A DNA stretch of 64,000 nucleotides, taken from NCBI GenBank assembly GCA_045597865.1, contig JAZLKX010000052.1, positions 202,470 through 266,469 on the forward strand, read 5' to 3'. This DNA comes from Bacilli bacterium (GTDB lineage Bacteria; Bacillota_I; Bacilli_A; RFN20; CAG-826). A model generated the notes under the pieces. That model worked only from the letters and a program-made list of their open reading frames with translations, did no database searches and had not been told where the DNA came from. This document shows positions 29,090 to 37,500 of this stretch, in pieces. The position numbers and the translations under genes were made by a program. Position 1 is the first letter of the stretch. Every line of letters starts with the position of its first letter.

Positions 29090-31992
29090 TGATTAAGAAT
29101 AGTGAATTTGACTTTTCATATGACTATCTTAGATTTGACACAACTTGGTTATTTGAATGGGATGTCCAGAATATCACTGACAATACCATTAAGTTTTATC
29201 CGTTCTCGGAACAGGGTAATAGCCGTACTTGGAAATTTAACGGTGATAACACAGCAACCGTAAAACAGCATAATGAATTTGTTTGGGATCCGACAAATCC
29301 TGTTTTGGAATATGATGCTAATAATGTTGATTCATGGGACGCTGCGCATCCGTTTAACACCACACGTTATCTTACCCCGGGTTCTTCATTCATTACATTA
29401 ACTAACACCATTGAAACCGTTGTCATTGATAACATTCCGCCGGCATTTGTATCAGACCGTGGCACAGAATATGTATGGATCTCAAATATAGCAGGCGGTA
29501 AAGCCAGCGAGCTACGTGAATACCGTTATTGTGAATACGTATTCAAAGACGAAGCTGGACTAGACTATAAACAGTTTGGCATTTTTATTGGCGAGCCGCC
29601 AGCCGCCGACAAAATTGAGGCGGCTCTAAAACAGGATTCACCACCAAAATCGGATGATCCTATTTGGAAGAAGGGCGGCGATTTTGCTAATCTTGTTTAT
29701 TTCTACAGCCGCCGTTATGACATGGCTTTAATTAACACAAACCTCATTGAAGAAGGCTCATTAAAGATTTCATCTGATGGTTTTCACACATACAAAATCG
29801 CATTTAATCTATGCTGTGCTACCGATGAAGGAAACGATGAAAATCTAAATTTGCTAAATGATGAAGGTTTGCGTATTCGTGTTTATGACATTGCTGGTAA
29901 CCATAATACATATTCATTTGGTCTGTTTGGAACTGATAAAGTTAAAATGACAAGTGAAGAATGGGAAGCTTGGCATAAAGCACATCCGAATTCTATCATT
30001 CGTACATGGATCTTAATTGATTCTATCAGCGACATTTCTGAACTTGATAAATGTGTAATTAAGTTCTATGACATTGAACCGCGAAACATGATTGTCAGCG
30101 AAAATGAACGCGGCTCCGTTTGGGTATCAATTTATAATCCTAACCGTGAATTTTGGGTTCTTGATACAGTTGGCCAATTAAAGCTGCATACATCAATAGG
30201 TAACATCGACGGCAGTACTATTGATAAAACAAAGATGAAGACTGAAGGTATCATTAAGTTTAAGGTTATTAACATTGAACAGTATGGTGCCGTTGAAGTT
30301 GAAGCGTGGGTCAAAACCGGTAATAAGTTATTTGATGATATGCTCATTACATCTACTTACGCTGAAGCAAGTCTTTCGCCGTGGATTGTTCAGGACGCTG
30401 ATGGGCGTAAGTATGATATTAAGAAATATGTTCCAAACTATTTAAAGTCAACAGACTATTATCAGTTCATCGAGTTCTTTGAACTTTATCTTAATACTTT
30501 ATACACAAACTTAACTAAAGGAACCAATATCTCAATTCTTGAAAAGATTGCTAAGATTAACGACTTTAATGATATTGACCGTATTGAACATGCTCTTGTA
30601 TGGCATTATGCAAAAGCATTTGGTTCTGAGTATGACATTGACTTACAGACGATGCTTGACTTAAATGTTGGTTTCTATAATGAAGGTTTCCTCAATAGCC
30701 GTAAAGAAGACGATGTTATTGATATTCTGAAATACGCATTAAAGAACCTGCCGCTCTACAACCAAGTTAAGGGTTCAGAAAAAGGTATTGTCATGGCATT
30801 GAAAATGTTCTCATTCTCATGCCGTGTAATCAATTTGTGGGCTAAACTTAAACCTGAAGTTGAAGAAAATCCTGACTTTATGGAACAAGACCGTATGTTT
30901 GATTTTTCATCATACTTCTTGACATCTAGATTTAACATTGAGCTAAATTCATTAACGGTTGATTTTCCGACCTTCAATGATAACATCTTTGCATTCATTA
31001 AATTTGTTAAGAGCATTAAACCAATTACACGCATACTTAACCTGATTAAGTATACTATCATTTTTGAATACGATTACTACTGGCTCGTGAACGATTACAT
31101 TCATGATGATATGGATGGACACCGCGAGGGCTGTTATCGTTATGCCATTCAGTGGAATGAAGACGATATTGCTGAAATGATTGAACGTTCAAAAGTTAAC
31201 TGGCATGTGATGCACGCTGATCGTATCTGGATAAACTATAACTGTGCTAACTGTATCACAACGCCTATGGAACGAGACGATGCTACTGGTGAATTGTTGC
31301 CAGCGGCACCTGATGACAGTGACATGGCCGATCCGCCTGATATGGTTTCGCTTTATAATTTGTTTGCATCATACATTGCTAACTCCAATGGAAAAATGGA
31401 ATTTAAGTACTCCGACCCTAGCTTAACTATTAAAGAAAAGGTTAGAAGCTATACAAAAGCTGGTGTTTCTGCTGAAACCTATGAAGAATTTTGGCATATA
31501 GATGGTTCGCCTGTTCGCATAACATATCATAAAGATAACTATGACGGTAGCCATGAAACTCGTATCGTTGAAAGTAAGGAAAAATCAAATGCATTGACTT
31601 TCAAGAAACGTTTCAGCCTTGACCAGGTTGACTGTGAAATGCTAGATACAGGTTTTTACATTTACCCCAAGACTGGTGAATTAGCTACATACTTAGCTGA
31701 ATTTGTAAAGCCTACTTATTACGCTGATGAAATTATAAAATCATTTGTTAAACAGCTAAGTACATGGACAGCTGAAACTAGGTATCGGCCGCTTAATAAA
31801 TGGAATATCACAAAAGTGGAATTACAAGACGAAGCCGGTGACTATCATACTGTGATAGATGTATTAGCAGTTGGTGGTCCGACTAAAGTTGTTATGACGG
31901 AGCACAACATTGAGTCTAATCCAACAATGCAAATGATTATTGACCATGTGCCTGGAACTGAAATTTTCCGAGCAGTTCCTATTGATGGATAA
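29089..31992 (+). CDS. baseplate wedge protein, gp7/tail protein I-like domain
   Basis: VPNYL...FIEFFELYL, DIDRI, LYNQVKGSEKGI...LK.F, IKPI. Confidence 0.6.
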   Translation: MIKNSEFDFSYDYLRFDTTWLFEWDVQNITDNTIKFYPFSEQGNSRTWKFNGDNTATVKQHNEFVWDPTNPVLEYDANNVDSWDAAHPFNTTRYLTPGSSFITLTNTIETVVIDNIPPAFVSDRGTEYVWISNIAGGKASELREYRYCEYVFKDEAGLDYKQFGIFIGEPPAADKIEAALKQDSPPKSDDPIWKKGGDFANLVYFYSRRYDMALINTNLIEEGSLKISSDGFHTYKIAFNLCCATDEGNDENLNLLNDEGLRIRVYDIAGNHNTYSFGLFGTDKVKMTSEEWEAWHKAHPNSIIRTWILIDSISDISELDKCVIKFYDIEPRNMIVSENERGSVWVSIYNPNREFWVLDTVGQLKLHTSIGNIDGSTIDKTKMKTEGIIKFKVINIEQYGAVEVEAWVKTGNKLFDDMLITSTYAEASLSPWIVQDADGRKYDIKKYVPNYLKSTDYYQFIEFFELYLNTLYTNLTKGTNISILEKIAKINDFNDIDRIEHALVWHYAKAFGSEYDIDLQTMLDLNVGFYNEGFLNSRKEDDVIDILKYALKNLPLYNQVKGSEKGIVMALKMFSFSCRVINLWAKLKPEVEENPDFMEQDRMFDFSSYFLTSRFNIELNSLTVDFPTFNDNIFAFIKFVKSIKPITRILNLIKYTIIFEYDYYWLVNDYIHDDMDGHREGCYRYAIQWNEDDIAEMIERSKVNWHVMHADRIWINYNCANCITTPMERDDATGELLPAAPDDSDMADPPDMVSLYNLFASYIANSNGKMEFKYSDPSLTIKEKVRSYTKAGVSAETYEEFWHIDGSPVRITYHKDNYDGSHETRIVESKEKSNALTFKKRFSLDQVDCEMLDTGFYIYPKTGELATYLAEFVKPTYYADEIIKSFVKQLSTWTAETRYRPLNKWNITKVELQDEAGDYHTVIDVLAVGGPTKVVMTEHNIESNPTMQMIIDHVPGTEIFRAVPIDG

Positions 31993-32012
31993 ATACAAAA
32001 AGGAATTTTTAT

Positions 32013-34562
32013 ATGGCCGCTTATAAAGAAAACCAAAAAGAGTGCGTGATTACCCGTCACGGACAAGCAAACATCTACAAGCAGGGTAATGGTTTTAAAT
32101 ATGCAATTATTGGTTATGCACTTATCAAAGATACTGGTAAGTGGCTGTATAATCAGTGCATGACTGCAGTTGGCGAAATTACTGCTGAAGAACTAATGGG
32201 TATTAACCCTGAAACACATGAACGTTATATTAACCCGCAGACCGGCCTGCCATATACTCAGGAAGAAGCTGAAATAGCTGCTGCTAAAGATGACGAATTT
32301 GATTTTAACCCGCTTCGTGAATTAACGCTCGATGACATCAAGAAACACTGTAACATTATTTTTAGAGATGTTACTTATTCTTATGATGAAAACTTGTTTA
32401 GAGCCAATCTACAACAATATCAAACGGCACTTAATAATCCTGAGAAATATCTGTTCCCCGTAAATTTCAGCTACAATTATGATGAAGCTGATTTAGTTGA
32501 TCTTGACGGTGACGGTAAAGCGAATGAATATCAGAATGATGCTGAAAACACATACATTTCGTATGACGTTATTTTGGACCGTAAGTTAGTGAATGTCATC
32601 AATGTTACAGGCGACCAGACATTTGATGGTATCATTTATTTAGCTCGTCCATACATGAATGAACCTCAGGATGATGGCCTTGATATTATTGACCCACAGG
32701 TACCTATCCTATTCGCAATTCAGTATTTTGCAGTTGACAAGCTAATGATTCTTAAAGATCAGAATGAACGCCTTGTTATGAACGTTGAAATGCATGTTGG
32801 ATATGCAAGATATGAACAGGATGATGCCGGCAATTCAAAGTCAACTGATAACGTTGTGACTATCAATGGAAAGATGCCTGCACCATACAATGAGAACGGC
32901 TGGGTACAAGGCATTCATTTAGCAAATGATGGTTCATCTAATACAATCGTTAAAGATGCTGAAGGCTATGAAACAACCAATAACCTATTCATTTCAACTT
33001 TAGGAAGCGAAGAGACACAGTCATTTGATACATTTGCTAAACTAAATATCATGTCACAAGCAAAAGGCAGTGTAAGTGAGTCAACGCCGCAGTTAATGTT
33101 CTCGCTTGTGAATGATAACTATAATAAGACATGGAATGGTCAGCGCCTTGCATTCAATTACGCATCAGGCACAGCTGGTTCATTATTCCGCATTCATGAA
33201 ATCAAGGGTATCGCAAAGAATCGTATTAACTTTGAACTTCTTGGTGTGAATAACATGTACCGCAATGTTAAGGGTGCATGGGGTAACTCATTTATCTATT
33301 CACAGAACAACGAAATCCCGCAGTCTGCGTACAACAACTTCTTCATGAATTCTGATGGAAACGTAATGTATTCTCATCAGACCAATAACATGTCATTTAT
33401 TGATTCTCACTACAATATAGTACAGTCCGGTCATGAAGCTTCTGGACGTTGGCCTGGTGTAAATAACATGACATTCTTTGGTACAAGCAATGCAGTGGTT
33501 ACACCATTCTATTCAATTAAGTACTATAAAGGACGTAAAGGATATAAAGGCACTAAGGGAAGTAAGGGACGTGAGGTGATGATTCCTTATTCAGTCGGTG
33601 GTTATCTTTCCAACCACTTGTTGCTTGATTCTGACTACACATTCCTGAATGGTCATAACAACAGCGACTTCCATGCAACATACATTGCATCACCATCGGC
33701 AAAACACGTCTTTACTGAGTATTCACAACACGACCTAGAATTAGGCAATATGCTTGGTTACACAAACAATAACAGCGGTAACCTAATCGCAATTGGCCGT
33801 GGTTTGAATTATACACACGGTAATGGCGATAAGATTATTTTAGGTCACTTTAATGAAAATGATGTTGACCCAGATAACGTTCTTATCGTTGGTGATGGAT
33901 TCTTGTCACCTGAATACTTCGCAGATATTAGCGGCATGTTCAATGAAGCAAACAACAATAACCGCTTCTATGATGCATTCACTGGACGAGGTGATATGGT
34001 TAAATGGTATCGCCATAACTTGCTAACAGTTAACCGTAATGGTTGGATTGGTATATCCGATTATACTCACCCAGAAAACTCAGCAAGATACGGCTTTAGC
34101 GGTATCACCGCTTACAACGATGGCGCTACATATAATATTCCGTTCTCATCGGTATATGCTAAACTGAATGTTTATGACTCAATGAAGGAGTTCCAGGATA
34201 TCATTGATGGTTACACAACTAAAGTTCGTTCAATCGTTAACACAATGCCAACAAACAAGAGCATTGTAATTTCTGGCGAAACTGACCTTGAAAAATACTT
34301 CGGTAAATCTATATCGGAAATTCACTCTAACTCAATTATCAACGTAACGTATCAGACTACCGCTACACGCACCGATAACGATTTCGTAACACGCATTAAA
34401 GCGCCGTACATGTACATCGGCACAGATCCTGATGATAACAATAAGGTTCGTCTAATGAAATCATATGACTTTGTTAAGATCTCGGCCTACAACTCTCAAC
34501 AGTATTTGTATTTGCGTGATACTGAGAATAACCTTACTGGTTTCTTTAAGATAAATAATTAA
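32013..34562 (+). CDS. putative tail fibre (paralog 1)
   Basis: Asn/Gly beta-rich repeats; IILGHFN..VLIVGDG..NLLTVNRNG fibre head/neck-type motif; GxK repeat. Confidence 0.6.
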   Translation: MAAYKENQKECVITRHGQANIYKQGNGFKYAIIGYALIKDTGKWLYNQCMTAVGEITAEELMGINPETHERYINPQTGLPYTQEEAEIAAAKDDEFDFNPLRELTLDDIKKHCNIIFRDVTYSYDENLFRANLQQYQTALNNPEKYLFPVNFSYNYDEADLVDLDGDGKANEYQNDAENTYISYDVILDRKLVNVINVTGDQTFDGIIYLARPYMNEPQDDGLDIIDPQVPILFAIQYFAVDKLMILKDQNERLVMNVEMHVGYARYEQDDAGNSKSTDNVVTINGKMPAPYNENGWVQGIHLANDGSSNTIVKDAEGYETTNNLFISTLGSEETQSFDTFAKLNIMSQAKGSVSESTPQLMFSLVNDNYNKTWNGQRLAFNYASGTAGSLFRIHEIKGIAKNRINFELLGVNNMYRNVKGAWGNSFIYSQNNEIPQSAYNNFFMNSDGNVMYSHQTNNMSFIDSHYNIVQSGHEASGRWPGVNNMTFFGTSNAVVTPFYSIKYYKGRKGYKGTKGSKGREVMIPYSVGGYLSNHLLLDSDYTFLNGHNNSDFHATYIASPSAKHVFTEYSQHDLELGNMLGYTNNNSGNLIAIGRGLNYTHGNGDKIILGHFNENDVDPDNVLIVGDGFLSPEYFADISGMFNEANNNNRFYDAFTGRGDMVKWYRHNLLTVNRNGWIGISDYTHPENSARYGFSGITAYNDGATYNIPFSSVYAKLNVYDSMKEFQDIIDGYTTKVRSIVNTMPTNKSIVISGETDLEKYFGKSISEIHSNSIINVTYQTTATRTDNDFVTRIKAPYMYIGTDPDDNNKVRLMKSYDFVKISAYNSQQYLYLRDTENNLTGFFKINN

Positions 34563-34567
34563 AGAGA

Positions 34568-37500
34568 TTGGAAAATATGAAGATTATTTTAACAGAAGAT
34601 TTTAAGAATAGTACAATTCTCGCGGAGAAAGGCATTCGTTGCATTCTTCGCGGTTTTGCATTAGTAAATGATAGCCGACATTGGCTGCAAAAACTATATA
34701 ACAGCGATTCATATAATTTTGAATCTATTACGCTGGAAGATCTTCAGGAACACACAACATTGGTAACTGATGAAGACAAGCATGATCCTGATATCTTAAA
34801 TAACTTGTTTGACATCACATATGAACCCTGTCTTGAACTTACAACGCCAGAGGACATGGAATGTCCTATGTGTAAAGGTACTGGCGAAGTTGATGGCCAC
34901 GTATGTCCTAAATGTGAAGGTAAGAAAACTGTAAAAAGACAGAATGAAAAAGGAACCGTTCTTGGTGGTGAAAAGTTTGGCACTTATAAGATTCGTATTA
35001 ACTCAATGCGAAACAATAAGTCAGAAAACGGCATTCAAGGCACATATCAGGCAATCGTTCTAATCGGTGAAAAATATACAGAAGATACAGTACACGTAAT
35101 TACTACAAACAAATCTTACATTGGTATCATTCTGTACTTTGATAATGCAGATGCAACTGTAGCACAGGCTGCTGGTGTTCACGAGTCTGAAGACGGGTTA
35201 GTAATTGGACCTGATTCTGCATTTACGATTAACTTCCAATTTTCATTATCTCAGATTCACATGGTTGATGATGAAACTGGTCCAACTATTGAACCAGAAT
35301 ACAATCTTATCATGAAGCATTCCTTCCAGAAGGACCAGACAACCACGCAGTTGAACATCCCTGGTATTTTCCTTGTGCCTTCAGGAAAAGAATACACAAA
35401 CCGCGTAGACCTTGAAGATGGTCGTAAGATTGAACATCTTCAGATTGGTTATCTTGATAAGACATTCAACCTCATTCCAGATACTTATAAAAACAATAAC
35501 ATTTTCAATGTAACGCCGCGCTTTAACATTTTTGATGAACATAATGATAAGTTTGTTAAACCGCAGGTTATGCTATCATACGGCGTTAAACCCAATAAAA
35601 GTGATTTGTTTTCAAATCAGGCGGTCGCCATTGAATATGATAAGAAATGGTTCTCGATGAACGAAAAGGCTCCGACCGGCAATTCTCGTTTTGATTTGTT
35701 CGGCGGCGCCACCAAAAAAGAAAATTCATCATATAATGATGCTGACTTCTATAACACAACCGGTTATCTCCGTCTTGTGTCTGACCGCGGTTATCATTAC
35801 TCAGGCAATAATCTGACTGAGGTTTTGTCAAATGCAAACAGCGCAGGTATTTATGATGGCGCGCTGTATGTGTCAGATAATAACTGCATTGGTGCTTTAA
35901 ATTCATCAGCTATAAAAACATTAGATTTACATGCTATTGATACTGAAGGTATTACTGCCGACGGTATTAGTGGTGGCATGCTTATTGATAGCAACCGTTC
36001 AACTTTCGGTAATCTTTCCGGTCTTACTGCTATTGGAACTCATAAAGCTTCTGCTTTTAATGAAAAATATGTTAGCAGCAATACATATAAGGATTCAGAA
36101 AATGATCCTTACTTCTGTAAGGCATGTAATGGCAAAGGCAAAATGATAAAAGCATGGGTCATCACGCATATTCGTTTTAACATAGATGACCCAATTGAAT
36201 ACTACACAAAGGATAATAAATGGCTAGAAACTTTAGCCTATGAACCTGAAGTTAGAAAATTTGATACTAAAGAACATGCTGATGTTTTTATAAGTTTAAA
36301 CTTTAGAGATGATGGCCGTGTTTATGCCGTTGAAGCTGATATGAATGGCATTACTTGTGAAACTTGTAATGGCGATGGACGCGTTGGTGCATACACATGG
36401 CCTGGCCGTTCAATGTTCTATGGTTTGAATACATCGTCAGTTGACTTCTGTGGTTACAACAATACATTCATTGGACATAAAGGTTTGTTATCAAACTATG
36501 GTCATGACGCTATCATCTTCGGTAAACATAATGCATGTGGTAACCGCGAATATGATATGTGTATTAAATGTTCAGGCGAAGGCCGTTTAACATGTGAAAC
36601 CTGTAATGGTGCTGGTAAAATCATTGGCCATCCTTTGGTTGAATGTTCGTGCTGCAATGGATTTGGCTATGTCAATTATAGCGCTTCATACTGTACATTA
36701 TGTAATGGCGAAGGTTATGTAAACGGTGAACTGTGCTACATGTGCAACAATACACGGTATGATTTGCCGGGTATTAATGAATCGTCATGCTCAGCGTTTA
36801 TATCTGGATATGATGCCATTTATGATTGCCCAGTATGTTTAACAAAAACACAGATTCTTGATGAAAACACACTTCAACCAGTTGACTGTCCTGACTGTGA
36901 TGGCTGCGGACGTGAGCCGTGCGTTATCTGTGCCGGCGCAGGATTTATTGAAGGCTATGAACATCCTCTCGCTACTTCTGCATGTCCAACGTGTTCTAAT
37001 ACATTGATAAAATGTGACTGGTGTAATGGCCAAGGCTATTATGGTAAATACATTAAATGCGAAACCTGTGATGGCACTGGCGTATTCAACGGCGAAAAAT
37101 GCCCAGCATGCGACGGTCACGGATTCCTTAACGATATCTGTAAGTATTGTAATGGCGACAAACAAGTATGTAAAACATGTGAAGGTTACGGCGATGTGAC
37201 CTGTGATGTTTGTGAAGGAACATCAATAATTGACTGCCCTGAATGTAACTCACCTAGTTTGGTTAAATGCGATCTTTGTGAAGGTGAAGGTTATGTAGAT
37301 GGCGAAACCTGTGCTCAATATGTTGGCGAATATAACGCAAAAACTTATGCCGACTGGGCTAAGACTATTGAAACTGAATCCGATGCTAATTGTCCGTTCT
37401 GTAATGGAACCGGCCTTGAACCGGCACATGCAATGATAAGATATTCATTAGCCGATAGTCGAGATCTTCCTTTATCAGATGAATACTATGCCTATCCAGA